Shown here: one piece after another, positions 40,863-51,914 of the stretch
Position numbering within the stretch: the first letter of the stretch is position 1
How the letters are laid out: each line of letters opens with the position of its first letter
Assembly: GCA_963749915.1 (NCBI GenBank)
Contig: CAVVOP010000008.1
Span: forward strand, 192,001 to 256,000
Source: an uncultured cyanobacterium
GTDB lineage: Bacteria > Cyanobacteriota > Cyanobacteriia > Cyanobacteriales > Cyanobacteriaceae
Length of the DNA: 64,000 bases
Direction of reading: 5' to 3'
Notes under the pieces: generated by a model
The model's database searches: none
Seen by the model: the letters and a program-made list of their open reading frames with translations, nothing else
Told to the model about the DNA's origin: nothing
Position numbers and translations under genes: made by a program

Positions 40863-42317
40863 TTAGGGGATCGCCAATACCTTTGTATTAGATTTGAGGA
40901 TAGCTTGGGCGGCTTGTTTTCCCGAAATAGTTGCACCTTCCATACTGTCAATGTAATCCTGTTGAGTGTAACTACCAGCTAAGAAAAAGTTAGAGATGGG
41001 AGTTTTTTGTGAGGGTCGGTAAACATCCATGCCGGGTGCTTCTCGATATAGAGATTGGGCCAATTTAACAACACTATACCAAGTCATATTTAAGTCACGG
41101 GAAGAGGGGAATAAATTATGGACTTGTTTTAATACGTGGTGGGCGATATTTTCGTTACTTTCTTTGATAAAAGGATCACCTGGTGTTAACACTAATTGTA
41201 ACAAAGAACCTTCACTTTCTCGATAATAATTAGAAGGACTAGATAAGGCTAAGTCAGAAAAACAGGAAAAATCGGCATCGCAGGTATAAAGTAAATTATC
41301 AATGCCTTCTGCTTGTGCTAATTGTTTACGTTTCTTCTCGTCATGTAATTCTGTCACCCAACCATCAAAACGTAATTGTACTGTGGCCACGGGTACAGCA
41401 GTGAGTTTATATATGTTATCAAACTCTGACCATTTACGCCAACCTTCAGGGATCATTTTTTGAATGCCGGGAATATCACAGGCACAAACATAAGCGTCGG
41501 CAGTGATTAATTCTTCCCTTTCTCCTTGTGCCACTAATAAACCTGTAACAGTGGTGGTATTTTCTTCTTCCTGATATTTTATTTCTCTTACACGGTGACG
41601 GGTATGAATTTTTACGCCCTTAGATTCTAAATAGTTAACGATGGGTTTATGAAGATATTCATGGGGTGAACCTTCTAACATTCGTAGCACAGAAGCCTCA
41701 GTTTTCGCCGCAAAAAATTGGAAAATTGTCAACATACAACGGGCTGAAATATTTTCAGTGTCGATAAACCCTAATGCATAGGCGATGGGATTCCACATTT
41801 TGTCCAGACTGCCTTGATTTCCTCCATGTTTGCGAAACCAGTCAGCAAAACTGATGCCGTCCAAGTCGCGAATATTGCGCATTGCACCTTCAAAATCCAC
41901 TAAACCCCTAACAATGGGACTTGTGCCTAAAGCAAAAGAGTTAGCAATTTTATCTACCGTAGACAATTGAGAAGTGGTAAAAAAAGCCTTTAAACCGTTA
42001 AAAGGTGCACCCGTAATGAAACGAAAATCTAATTCGCCGACTCTGCCGCCTTTGTTGATAAATGTGTGGGTATGTTGTTTTAAGAGTAGATGGTTAATAG
42101 CACCGACTTTTTCCATTAAGGCGAATAAGTTATAGTAACAACCGAAGAAAACGTGCAAACCCATTTCGATATGATTGCCTTCATTGTCAACCCAACTGCC
42201 CACTTTTCCGCCAACAAAGGGGCGAGATTCAAAAATTTCTACTTCACAACCAGAATCGACTAAGTCAATGGCTGTAGCTAATCCTGCCAATCCTGCACCT
42301 ACAATCGCAACTCGCAT
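40863..42317 (-). CDS. zds: Zeta-carotene desaturase
   Basis: GAGLAG FAD motif, [24 protein letters not shown]. Confidence 0.95.
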   Translation of the reverse strand: MRVAIVGAGLAGLATAIDLVDSGCEVEIFESRPFVGGKVGSWVDNEGNHIEMGLHVFFGCYYNLFALMEKVGAINHLLLKQHTHTFINKGGRVGELDFRFITGAPFNGLKAFFTTSQLSTVDKIANSFALGTSPIVRGLVDFEGAMRNIRDLDGISFADWFRKHGGNQGSLDKMWNPIAYALGFIDTENISARCMLTIFQFFAAKTEASVLRMLEGSPHEYLHKPIVNYLESKGVKIHTRHRVREIKYQEEENTTTVTGLLVAQGEREELITADAYVCACDIPGIQKMIPEGWRKWSEFDNIYKLTAVPVATVQLRFDGWVTELHDEKKRKQLAQAEGIDNLLYTCDADFSCFSDLALSSPSNYYRESEGSLLQLVLTPGDPFIKESNENIAHHVLKQVHNLFPSSRDLNMTWYSVVKLAQSLYREAPGMDVYRPSQKTPISNFFLAGSYTQQDYIDSMEGATISGKQAAQAILKSNTKVLAIP

Positions 42318-42446
42318 TGTTTTCCAATTTTTCTTAACTTTTCTTTACATTCTCTATTATAAAGTTAATTTTGCACCTAACTTCTGTGCTAGAAAATAAA
42401 TAAATGAGTTTTGGCTTATTATCTCTTTTTTTTTTGATGATTTTTA

Positions 42447-43019
42447 TTACCAAATAGATTCCATTTCTAAGACAAAATCAAGTAAAATATCTTCCCCTGA
42501 GACACTACTAGGATTGTTTAAAATTTCTACTTCTTTGTGAGGGCGATAAATTTCTACTTGTCTAGTTTCTCGATTAATTAACCACCCTAATTTTGTGCCG
42601 TTTTCGAGATATTCTCTCATCTTGTTTTGGGTATCAATTAAGTTGTCGGTGGCGGATAATAACTCAATCACAAAATCGGGACATAAGGGTAAAAATTTTT
42701 TCTTTTCTTCGCTGGTTAAATTATCCCATTTTTCCAAAGGTATCCACGAAATATCAGGAGAACGAACACCACCCAATGGCAATATAAAACCAGTAGAGGA
42801 GTCAAAAGCAATTCCTTTTTTTGTGCGGCGATTCCAGAATTGTAATTGATAGCCTATCTCAAGATTTCTATTCCCAGTTTCCCCCCCCGTTGGTGACATA
42901 ATCACTAAATCTCCATTGCTATTTCTCTCAAATCGATAATCACGATTATCCACACACAATCTAAAAAATTGTTCATCGGTTAAATCTACTGAGGATAAAT
43001 TAATTGTTAAATTACCCAT
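42447..43019 (-). CDS. Uma2 family (PD-(D/E)xK) endonuclease-like protein
   Basis: FDSSTGF.LP..RSPD.SW, CPDFVIEL, KMREY..NG..LGWLI. Confidence 0.92.
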   Translation of the reverse strand: MGNLTINLSSVDLTDEQFFRLCVDNRDYRFERNSNGDLVIMSPTGGETGNRNLEIGYQLQFWNRRTKKGIAFDSSTGFILPLGGVRSPDISWIPLEKWDNLTSEEKKKFLPLCPDFVIELLSATDNLIDTQNKMREYLENGTKLGWLINRETRQVEIYRPHKEVEILNNPSSVSGEDILLDFVLEMESIW

Positions 43020-43165
43020 CTTTCTTTACCTCTATAATCACCACTCTTTACTGGGGAAAACCAGAATAAATTATAGTTTAAAGATCTACTACCTCTTACT
43101 ATTAAAGTATCTGTTTTGTTCTTAATCTCAGACATCAATAAATTTTAACAACCTCAAAGATAAAA

Positions 43166-43876
43166 TTAAAGGCGCACTAATATATTAGTACCATGAGTAT
43201 CTGTGCCGCAGGTTGTATATAAACTGTGTTTTTCCGCCATTTCTTCAACTAAGGCGGTTTGGGTTTCACTGGGTTGCCAAGGATGAGGATTACCGTAAGC
43301 ATAATAAGCCTCTACTCCGTCAATACCTAATTCGTAGGCTTCGAGGACTAATTCTTTTGCACTACGATGATAACGTGCCGGATGTGCCAACACCACTAAT
43401 CCTCCTGCCTGATGAAGGGTTTTGATCACGTTTTTTGCTTCTGCTTTTTTTCCGGTGGGGGCTTCTTCTGTTAAGTATTTCTGTAGTATATATGATTCAG
43501 GATCAAATCCATAACCTAAAAGATGAACCTTCGTGCCGTTTAACTCGGAGGTTATTTCAATGCCTGTCCATAAATGGGGCAAAACTAGGTTAGGACTAAC
43601 ACTAGATTTTGCTGTTAAGTAATTTTTGGCACGACGAAAACCTTTGACACTATGATGATCTGTAATGGCAAAACCTTGTAAGTTTATAGAAATTGCTTGT
43701 TCTACTAAAGATTCTGGGGTTAATTGCCCATCGGAACAACTCGTGTGCAGGTGGAAGTTATAATCATGGGGGCAACTGAAAAAATTAAGATTCCCCCAGA
43801 CAGATTTTAATTTGACCTTATCTTGAGTTCCTTCGTTATTGGATAATAGAGGGGCTTTTTTTGTTTTTAATAGCAT
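43166..43876 (-). CDS. PHP domain metal-dependent phosphoesterase
   Basis: HLHTSCSDG, AITDHH, LAHP, GTDTHG. Confidence 0.92.
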   Translation of the reverse strand: MLLKTKKAPLLSNNEGTQDKVKLKSVWGNLNFFSCPHDYNFHLHTSCSDGQLTPESLVEQAISINLQGFAITDHHSVKGFRRAKNYLTAKSSVSPNLVLPHLWTGIEITSELNGTKVHLLGYGFDPESYILQKYLTEEAPTGKKAEAKNVIKTLHQAGGLVVLAHPARYHRSAKELVLEAYELGIDGVEAYYAYGNPHPWQPSETQTALVEEMAEKHSLYTTCGTDTHGTNILVRL

Positions 43877-44155
43877 ATTCTTGCTAAACTATTGCGAATT
43901 GTTAAGTTTAATGTAACAAAAATTTGCGGACATTGACGACTAAATCTTAAAAAATCATTAACATATTTTTTATCGGTGTAATATTAATTATTTATATAAG
44001 TTTAAAGACCTAGTCATAAACACTGTGTTCTTTTTTCTTCATAATACATAAATACATAAAACTTTGTATCGTTAATTTTAGCTTTATCTACTAATCCTAA
44101 TAATTAATTTAACTCTATAATTTATCATGATCAATCAGCGATCGCCTCGTGAATT

Positions 44156-45670
44156 TTGGTTATAATAATAATAATAATAATCGTTATTATTTTAGGTATT
44201 TTTTTTCGCTTGACTAATATAGATAAAAAAATTTATTGGCATGATGAAGTTTATACTTCTTTAAGGGTAGCCGGTTATAATGGTGAACAAGTGGTGAACA
44301 CTTTATTTAATGGCAATATTATTACTGTTCAAGATTTATTATATTTTCAAAATTTAGATCCTGAAACTCCGTTATCTCAGACCATTAAAGCACTTAACGA
44401 GCATCCAGAACATCCACCACTATATTATTTATTCCTGCGTTTTTGGCAAAATTTATTTGGAAGTTCAATTTTAATCAATCGCAGTTTATCGGTACTATTT
44501 AGTTTACTCATTTTTCCAGCCATTTATTTTTTATCACAAAAATTATTTAACCATCACTTAGTTAGTTTAATTAGCATCGCATTGGTTGCAATTTCACCCA
44601 CTCAAATATTATATGCCCAAGAAGCGAGAGAATATAGTTTATGGGTCGTGACAATTATTTTATCTAGTTTGTTTTTTTTCAAAGCAATTAAATCTAATAA
44701 AAATTCTCATTGGATTGGTTATAGTTTAAGTCTATGTGCTACTTTTTATACTTCTATCTTATCCTTATTTCTTCCTTTCGTTAATATTGCATATATTTTT
44801 TTAATGAGGAAATCCTTAAATATAAAAACTAAAATAAATTTTATCATTTTTACTGTTATAAGTGTTACATTATTTATCCCTTGGATATTAATAACTTTAA
44901 CAAATTTGTATATAATTAAAGAGAAAACAAGTTGGATAAATGTGGAACAATCTTTAGGGTTTCTAGCCAATTTATGGGGTTTACATTTTACCAGTTTATT
45001 TGCTGATATGGGTTTACCGTTATATCATTGGGCCAGTTATATTTTTATTGCTTTAGTCTTTAGTTTTATTTTTTATAGTTTCTTTTTTGTTATCAAAAAT
45101 ACTAGTAAAAATATTTGGTTATATCTGTTATTATTAACACTTATTCCCACATTAGGCTTAATTTTACCAGATTTAATCTTCGGCGGAATTAGGTCAAGTA
45201 TGACTAGATATTTTTTCCCTGCTTATGTTGCTGTATATTTAAGCACTGCCTACACTTTAGGGAAGAAAATCGAACAAAAATCAAACAGATGGTTAATAAT
45301 ATTAGGATTAATTTTTATTATTAGTATTGTATCTAATATTATTAGTGGAAATAGTGAAACTTGGTGGAATAAGGTGGTTAGTTATCAGAATCCAGCCATT
45401 GCTAACCTGATAAATAAAGCCGAAAATCCCTTAGTTATTGCTGAAAAATTCGACATTAATGAGGGCAACATTATTTCCCTTAGTCATAAGTTAAAGCCGA
45501 ATGTTAAACTTCAACTATTAGATATTGATACCCCAGTTATAGCTTATGAAAATTTTGCTGATATTTATATATTTAATCCTTCTCCTGAATTAATAACAGA
45601 GATAGAAAAAATTTATCAAGCAAAAGTAGTTAAGGTTTATAATTTACTTTATAAAGTAAGCTCCAAGTAG
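44156..45670 (+). CDS. GT39/ArnT-like (GT-C) membrane glycosyltransferase; start uncertain
   Basis: YWHDE, EHPPLYY, YAQEAREYSL, many TM segments; see the finding on the out-of-frame ATG at 44127. Confidence 0.85.
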   Translation: MVIIIIIIIVIILGIFFRLTNIDKKIYWHDEVYTSLRVAGYNGEQVVNTLFNGNIITVQDLLYFQNLDPETPLSQTIKALNEHPEHPPLYYLFLRFWQNLFGSSILINRSLSVLFSLLIFPAIYFLSQKLFNHHLVSLISIALVAISPTQILYAQEAREYSLWVVTIILSSLFFFKAIKSNKNSHWIGYSLSLCATFYTSILSLFLPFVNIAYIFLMRKSLNIKTKINFIIFTVISVTLFIPWILITLTNLYIIKEKTSWINVEQSLGFLANLWGLHFTSLFADMGLPLYHWASYIFIALVFSFIFYSFFFVIKNTSKNIWLYLLLLTLIPTLGLILPDLIFGGIRSSMTRYFFPAYVAVYLSTAYTLGKKIEQKSNRWLIILGLIFIISIVSNIISGNSETWWNKVVSYQNPAIANLINKAENPLVIAEKFDINEGNIISLSHKLKPNVKLQLLDIDTPVIAYENFADIYIFNPSPELITEIEKIYQAKVVKVYNLLYKVSSK

Positions 45671-47815
45671 TTTTAAGGGCTTAGTAAATAATGCCCTCAC
45701 TAATAGCCAAAACGACATTAATTCTCCAGGCGTTTTCTGATAATTCCATCTATTTGGGGGACAAAAAATTATTTTTATAAGTTGGCGATATTGTGATAAA
45801 GATACTTGATTAAATATAATTTTACCTGCTTTGTTTTTTTCTTGATTTTTGATAGTCTTAAATTCTAATAACAATCCTTCCTCGACAAATTCTATTTTTC
45901 CTTCTGTGGGAATTTCTACTGATGAATTAAGGCAAATTTCTGCACCAATTTCGCAAATTTTATTGGTAAAACTTTCATAAATTTGATTGGGGGTAATTAT
46001 TCTTACTCTCTTTTTCATAGTTAACCACTGATAACTGTCAAGTTTTGGTACATCCAACATAACCACGAGAGATAAAGCTAACACAATTAAGTTATAAATA
46101 TTCCAAAATAAAATAATCCAGAGACTTAAGGTATCAGTAACATAGTCAATATTATTATTGTTTAATTCATTTAGTAAATCGAAAAAAGTAATAATATTGA
46201 TGATAAAAATAAAAATTAATGGTGATGCTAAACGCCAATTAAAATAATAACCATTATTTCGAATACCTTTAGGGGTAACTTTGAAGATAGAGGCAAAAGG
46301 ATTAACTAAAGTTTGGAAAATTTCTAAGGATAAGGGTACAGCAGTTACGACATTATAAACCTCTGACATTAATGCAGATCGACTCCGAAAATTTAGCCAA
46401 GAAAAGGTTAATAGTTGGACAAAATAAAAAGGGAGAAAAAAATAGATTATTGCTTCAAAATCCACTTTTAATGGTGTGATATGTAAAAAATTATAAGCTA
46501 AGGGTAATAGTAATAATATCACTCTTAATGGACTTAAAAACCATTGTGAAATACCTTCTAAATGGGCTAACCTTTGCCAAAAATTTAAACCCTTGATAAA
46601 TAAAGGATTTTCGGGGATAAATAATGTTTGAATTGTGCCTCTTGCCCACCTTTTGCGTTGTCTAATATGACTAAAAGTATTTTCTGGTGATAACCCTGCA
46701 CTTAAACTTTCTTCTAAATAAATTACTTGATAACCAGCCGCCGCTAATTTAATTCCTGTATGATAATCTTCACTCAATGAATTAGTAACAAAACCACCTA
46801 TCTTTTCTAAGTAATTTTTTCTTACTATGAATGAACTTCCGTAACATAAAGCTGTATTAAGACTATCCCTAACTAATTGATAATAACGAGAAAAAATTTC
46901 TACTTCTGTGGGTATTTTCGTTGCTAATCCTAAATTTCTGGCAATGGGATCATGGGAATAAAAACTTTGATAAGTTTGTAATAAGCCAATCTTGGGATCT
47001 TGAAAAAAGCCGATGGTTCGTGTTAAAAAATTAGTAGTAGGAATAAAATCTGCATCAAAAACCACTATTAATTCTCCGCCAGTTTTAGTTAAGGCGTTAT
47101 TTAAGTTACCAGCTTTGGCATGAAGATTATTTTCACGGGTGAGATAATGACAGTTTAATTCTTGACATAATTGTCTAATTTCTTCTCGATTTCCATCATC
47201 TAAAAGATAGATTTTTTTTCTGTTATATTCTATTTCTTGACAACCAACGATTGTTCTTTTTACTACTTCTAATGGTTCATTATAACTGGGAATTAAAATA
47301 TCTACTGTCGGTTGATAAGTACCTTTTATTACTGCCTCTGACATCCTATGGGCTTGAGATTTTCTACTCTTGATTTTTAAGGTGATAATAGTTTGCCAAA
47401 ATAGGTTAATAATAAATGCTAATTCGATGGCAAATAAAAGTATGCTAAAAATACTGTTAATGGGATCACTTAAATTGAGGCTGGAATGCGATCGCCAGAA
47501 AAAATAACGGATCATAAAAAATAAAGAAGTTAAAACTATTATTATCCTTGACCATTTTTTTTGTTGAGGAGATAATTGCATGGTAATTTGCACAATTAAT
47601 ACCCCTATTATCAAAGGTAAAAATAAAGGGAAATAGGAATTAAATTCATGAAGTCTTAACCATAAAAGAAGATTTTTTTGTTGTAAATAGAGAAAATTGA
47701 AAAAATAAGTAATGATTTCTTGCCTAGTAATCCAAGCAAAGAAAATACCTACGAGAATACTGGATAAGACGAAAATAATTATAGTGATGGGGTAAAGTCT
47801 AGATTGAATACGCAT
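45644..47815 (-). CDS. Cellulose synthase-like GT2 catalytic subunit (BcsA-like)
   Basis: DDG, HAKAGN, FDADF, SED, QRKRW, FKVTPK; PilZ-like C-terminus. Confidence 0.9.
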   Translation of the reverse strand: MRIQSRLYPITIIIFVLSSILVGIFFAWITRQEIITYFFNFLYLQQKNLLLWLRLHEFNSYFPLFLPLIIGVLIVQITMQLSPQQKKWSRIIIVLTSLFFMIRYFFWRSHSSLNLSDPINSIFSILLFAIELAFIINLFWQTIITLKIKSRKSQAHRMSEAVIKGTYQPTVDILIPSYNEPLEVVKRTIVGCQEIEYNRKKIYLLDDGNREEIRQLCQELNCHYLTRENNLHAKAGNLNNALTKTGGELIVVFDADFIPTTNFLTRTIGFFQDPKIGLLQTYQSFYSHDPIARNLGLATKIPTEVEIFSRYYQLVRDSLNTALCYGSSFIVRKNYLEKIGGFVTNSLSEDYHTGIKLAAAGYQVIYLEESLSAGLSPENTFSHIRQRKRWARGTIQTLFIPENPLFIKGLNFWQRLAHLEGISQWFLSPLRVILLLLPLAYNFLHITPLKVDFEAIIYFFLPFYFVQLLTFSWLNFRSRSALMSEVYNVVTAVPLSLEIFQTLVNPFASIFKVTPKGIRNNGYYFNWRLASPLIFIFIINIITFFDLLNELNNNNIDYVTDTLSLWIILFWNIYNLIVLALSLVVMLDVPKLDSYQWLTMKKRVRIITPNQIYESFTNKICEIGAEICLNSSVEIPTEGKIEFVEEGLLLEFKTIKNQEKNKAGKIIFNQVSLSQYRQLIKIIFCPPNRWNYQKTPGELMSFWLLVRALFTKPLKLLGAYFIK

Positions 47816-47923
47816 AATTTATAAATAATTCAATATAAATATATAAAATTCTCTGAGAAAATCTTAAGATTAATCGTAGTAATCATAACACTTTTAAATA
47901 AAATTTTAGATAGTAACAATAAT

Positions 47924-49939
47924 TTAGCTAAAATTAATTTTCAGAATTGATAAATCATCTTCAAAATTAGCAGATTTATTAATTGTACAAACATAATTAA
48001 TAATTTCTTCTAAATTTTTACGACCATCTTTCTGAATATTTAATAATAAATCTGTAAAATTATTTAATCCCCAAATTTCATTATTTTCTAGGGCAATTTC
48101 GTAAATGCCATCACTAAATATATATATAATACTATCTCGTTGAATTTTGCATATATTTTGATCAAAATTAAATTCAGACATTAAACCAATGGGAATATTA
48201 GGAGTTGATAATGTTTTATACTCATAACCCGAAGGAGAATAAGAGAGTAAAATAGCAGGAGGATGACCAGCAGAAGCATAAATTAATTCATGAGTAACTT
48301 TATTGTAAACTCCATACCAAATAGTAAAATAATTACTACCATCATCTATCTGAAAAAGTCGATTTAATTCTGTCAAAATTGTCCAAGGTTGATAAGGATC
48401 AGTATTATAAAGAGAGTTATTGCGGACTAAATTTAAGACAGATACAGACAATAAAGCCGAGTGAACACCATGGCCCGCTACATCAAGTAAATAAATAACA
48501 ATATTTTCTTCATCTAACCAATAATAATCAAAAATATCCCCTCCTAATTTGGCACAAGGAATAAACTTTTGTTCTATTTCTAGTTTTCCTTGTTTATGGG
48601 GGGAAGGTAGTAAAGAAAAAACATATTCGGAAGCCAAATTAAGTTCAGAATGCAAAGATAAATTTCTTTCTTTTAGTTCTTGTTCAGCTTGTTTTTTTTT
48701 GATAAAAAGCCCAATTTGACTACCCATGATTGCAATATTTTCTAAGAGGGCGAAATCATTTTTTTTATGTTCATAAGAAAAGAAACACATTAGGCCTAAA
48801 TGTTCTTCTCCATTATTAATAGGAAAAGCAAAAATCGGTTGTAAATTCGTTTTCATTTTTAGATGATCCGAGAGAAATTTACTACTTTCAACCCAATTCT
48901 CATAAATGTTAAACTGCCAGTTATACCAAGGTATTGCTTTAATTTTTTCCTGATGGTGAAGATTAATATTTTCAATTTTTTTATCTTTAATAGACCATGA
49001 ATTTTGAAAATGAACTAACTGTGTACTGCTACTAAAAGTCCAATATTCTCCTGTTTCCCATGCTAAATTTTCTCCAATAACTTGTAAAACTCCTTTGATA
49101 CCTTCATCAACACTATTAGATTCAGCTAATATTTTGATAATATCACGCTCTATTTTTTGATATATTTCAATTCTTTTTCTGTCAGTAATATCATTTAAAC
49201 TCCCAGAAATGCCTTGTATTTCCTGATTTTTTTCCACTGGGGAAGCAAAAATTTGCATCCAACCAAGATCCTGATTTTTTTTAAAATATCGTAGTTGCCA
49301 ATAACATTTACGATTTTTTTTCTCAATTAAAGACTGAAAATTTTGAGAATAAAGCTGTAAATCATCAGGATAAATATATTCAGAAAAATTATGCCCTAGA
49401 CTTTCTTCGGGAGATAAATCTGTTAATTCTTTCCATGCTGGATTAAGAAAAGTAATTTTTCCGGTTATGTCTGTATAAAAAATGACTTCTTTAAGATTTT
49501 CGACTAAAGATCGATATTTTTCTTCACTTTCTTTCAAGGCCTTTTCGGCTTTTTTTGCATCTAATAAATAACGGATACGACGACGTAACACAGCTGGATT
49601 AATGGGTTTTGTTAAAAAATCCGTTGCACCAACTTCATAAGCCTTATTAACGGAAATTTGGTCATCCAACACTGTAATCATCAATATAGGGGTATCTTCA
49701 CTGTTAGGTAATTGTGTTAGTTGATGACAACAGTCAAAACCATCCATCACAGGCATCAAACCGTCTAACAGTACCATATCAGGGTGTAATTCTTGATAGG
49801 CTGTTAAACACTTTTCCCCATTTTCTACCCCTACAATCTCATATCCATCTTTATTTAATATCGAAGTAAGTATATTCCGACTGAGGGACTCGTCATCAGC
49901 TATAAGAATTAAGGTTTTTCTTTTCTGAGAATTTAACAT
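47924..49939 (-). CDS. Response regulator with PAS, GAF and SpoIIE (PP2C) phosphatase domains
   Basis: REC (ADD, LLDGLMP, TKP), PAS (LNPAW), GGDIFD, DVAGHG, AGHP, FSDG, DDLS. Confidence 0.92.
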   Translation of the reverse strand: MLNSQKRKTLILIADDESLSRNILTSILNKDGYEIVGVENGEKCLTAYQELHPDMVLLDGLMPVMDGFDCCHQLTQLPNSEDTPILMITVLDDQISVNKAYEVGATDFLTKPINPAVLRRRIRYLLDAKKAEKALKESEEKYRSLVENLKEVIFYTDITGKITFLNPAWKELTDLSPEESLGHNFSEYIYPDDLQLYSQNFQSLIEKKNRKCYWQLRYFKKNQDLGWMQIFASPVEKNQEIQGISGSLNDITDRKRIEIYQKIERDIIKILAESNSVDEGIKGVLQVIGENLAWETGEYWTFSSSTQLVHFQNSWSIKDKKIENINLHHQEKIKAIPWYNWQFNIYENWVESSKFLSDHLKMKTNLQPIFAFPINNGEEHLGLMCFFSYEHKKNDFALLENIAIMGSQIGLFIKKKQAEQELKERNLSLHSELNLASEYVFSLLPSPHKQGKLEIEQKFIPCAKLGGDIFDYYWLDEENIVIYLLDVAGHGVHSALLSVSVLNLVRNNSLYNTDPYQPWTILTELNRLFQIDDGSNYFTIWYGVYNKVTHELIYASAGHPPAILLSYSPSGYEYKTLSTPNIPIGLMSEFNFDQNICKIQRDSIIYIFSDGIYEIALENNEIWGLNNFTDLLLNIQKDGRKNLEEIINYVCTINKSANFEDDLSILKINFS

Positions 49940-50121
49940 TTATTTGATGATCTGGTTTTACGGTTAAGAATATAAGTAAGTCTAAACCAAACTCCATAGA
50001 AATCTCTAAAAACAAAAAAACGAAATCAATTTTAGGCAATAATTCATCAGTTTGTATCACGATTGCCTATTGGCCATATTTTCCATGGCCTATTTCCTGA
50101 CCCCTAAAAGAAGTCTAATTA

Positions 50122-51051
50122 CTAGGACACAGACGCCAAAGTTTCCGGGGGAGAATTCTCTTCTTCGGCATTGCCTTGATTAGCTAACCATAAAAATACG
50201 GTTAGAGGCAATATTCCCAATAAAATTCCGAGAAAAATAGGTACATAAAAGCCGACACCAATACTCATAATCATGGCAAAACTAAAATTTCCTATATACA
50301 CTCCCGCTGGGATAGTAAGGGTTATTTTGTCAAAATCAAGGGGTTTGAAACGCCAAAAAACGGTCGCCACGGTCATAAATATAGCACCTGTACCGAACCA
50401 ACCTGCAAAATTTTGATAAGGCATTCCGAAAAATTCCCCGGGTTGGTCCCATAACCAAAATGGTACGCTTGTTTGACTCATGGCGGGATCTAACACAAAA
50501 TCCCATGATGTTAATAATAATGCACCAAAAATGATTGCACCTAGATCTTTTAACCAAGAATGGATTGCTAATTTATTTAAACCGACTCTAGCAATAAGAT
50601 AACTGCTAAAACCGAGATAAAACCAAGATAAAGGAATGGTAAAAGGCACTAAACCGGATATTTTATAGCCTAAGCCAGAAAGATAGTGATAAGCACCAAA
50701 GGGGAAGCCAGTACTTGTACCTAATAATTCACTAGTGAGAGAAATTCCTAAGGAGGGAATCATGAAGGTTAACCAATGAAATGTACCTAATTGACGATAA
50801 GCATAAATTGCGATTGCCGCCCAACCTAGAATCATATATACCACTCCCCCACCCATCATTGACCAAGTAAAAGCGGATTGTCCGATCCGTGGTAAATTGG
50901 CGATGAATTGAGGATGGGGTAACACTAATAATAAACCGGCCAAGCCAAATATCATGGCTACAACATGACTGATTAAAAAATAACCTTCTTTTTCTCGTAA
51001 TATCTCTTTAAACAAGGTTTTGCCTCCTCTCAAATTGGATTGTTTCATCAT
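50122..51051 (-). CDS. cruF: Gamma-carotene 1'-hydroxylase (carotenoid 1,2-hydratase)
   Basis: SELLGTSTGFPFG.Y.Y, VPFTIPLSWFY, WDFVLDPAM, GMPYQNFAGW. Confidence 0.9.
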   Translation of the reverse strand: MMKQSNLRGGKTLFKEILREKEGYFLISHVVAMIFGLAGLLLVLPHPQFIANLPRIGQSAFTWSMMGGGVVYMILGWAAIAIYAYRQLGTFHWLTFMIPSLGISLTSELLGTSTGFPFGAYHYLSGLGYKISGLVPFTIPLSWFYLGFSSYLIARVGLNKLAIHSWLKDLGAIIFGALLLTSWDFVLDPAMSQTSVPFWLWDQPGEFFGMPYQNFAGWFGTGAIFMTVATVFWRFKPLDFDKITLTIPAGVYIGNFSFAMIMSIGVGFYVPIFLGILLGILPLTVFLWLANQGNAEEENSPPETLASVS

Positions 51052-51234
51052 AAAAACTAACGGCTTCGGTAAAATTAAATTTATTCTTAATATTCTACAA
51101 GCATTTATTAAGTTTTATTAACAAGCTTACCTTATCAGTCCATAAATATATTTGAGAACAGGCAAAAAGCAACAAGTAATGAGTAATTATTTAGTCTTAA
51201 ACGTCTTCTGGTTTACCAACACCGAGTGAATTAA

Positions 51235-51711
51235 CTAAAGGGTAGCAAAGGCAAAGGTTACATTAAATTCACGACACCAGATACCTACGGATTTAAACTC
51301 GTTGATGTTAATATGATCCGGAATTAAATAACGTTGTCCTCCCTGAAAACTTTTTAGCATGGCTACGTTGAAATATTCGTTAGGTTTTGGATTAACCCCA
51401 ATTTGACTGTTACGATGTAAAATTACTTGCACATCAGGTCCTTTTGCGGTGGTAAAATCAGAGCTAAATTCTAAGTAACGTTTCCCGTTTTCCGTTACGA
51501 TTTTAACTTGTCCTGTTGTTTGTTTTTCTTGTTCAACGGTGACAAATTTTCCCCTTTCCATAAGATTTTGAACTATTTTTATGGGAATAGAATTATTTGC
51601 TTCAACTGGTTTTGATGATAAAAATAAGTTTGTTGTACTTAAAGCAATACCGGTAGTTGCAACTAAGGAGATAGCTGAGAATTTAAAAGTTTTGATTTGA
51701 GTGAATTTCAT
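51235..51711 (-). CDS. DM13 domain exported protein
   Basis: Signal peptide, GPD, G.QRY.IP, SVGIWC..FN.TF. Confidence 0.9.
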   Translation of the reverse strand: MKFTQIKTFKFSAISLVATTGIALSTTNLFLSSKPVEANNSIPIKIVQNLMERGKFVTVEQEKQTTGQVKIVTENGKRYLEFSSDFTTAKGPDVQVILHRNSQIGVNPKPNEYFNVAMLKSFQGGQRYLIPDHININEFKSVGIWCREFNVTFAFATL

Positions 51712-51914
51712 TTTTTATAACTCCAACATTAATGTATTTGTCGATTATTATTATTATGGCTATCTAGTCTGAAAAATATCTTGATAGTTTCTGAGTAAAT
51801 TATCAGTAGTTAATCATCTAAATTAGGCGAGGATAGAATGTTCCTGAACAATCTCTCAGTTAAGCTAATATGGAAATGAGCGTCAATTATGATATCAATT
51901 ATTAATTATTAACT

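Noticed and set aside
42881..42888. C8 homopolymer in the Uma2 gene as a phase-variation site
   Set aside because: It encodes the conserved PTGGE motif in frame; no other support.
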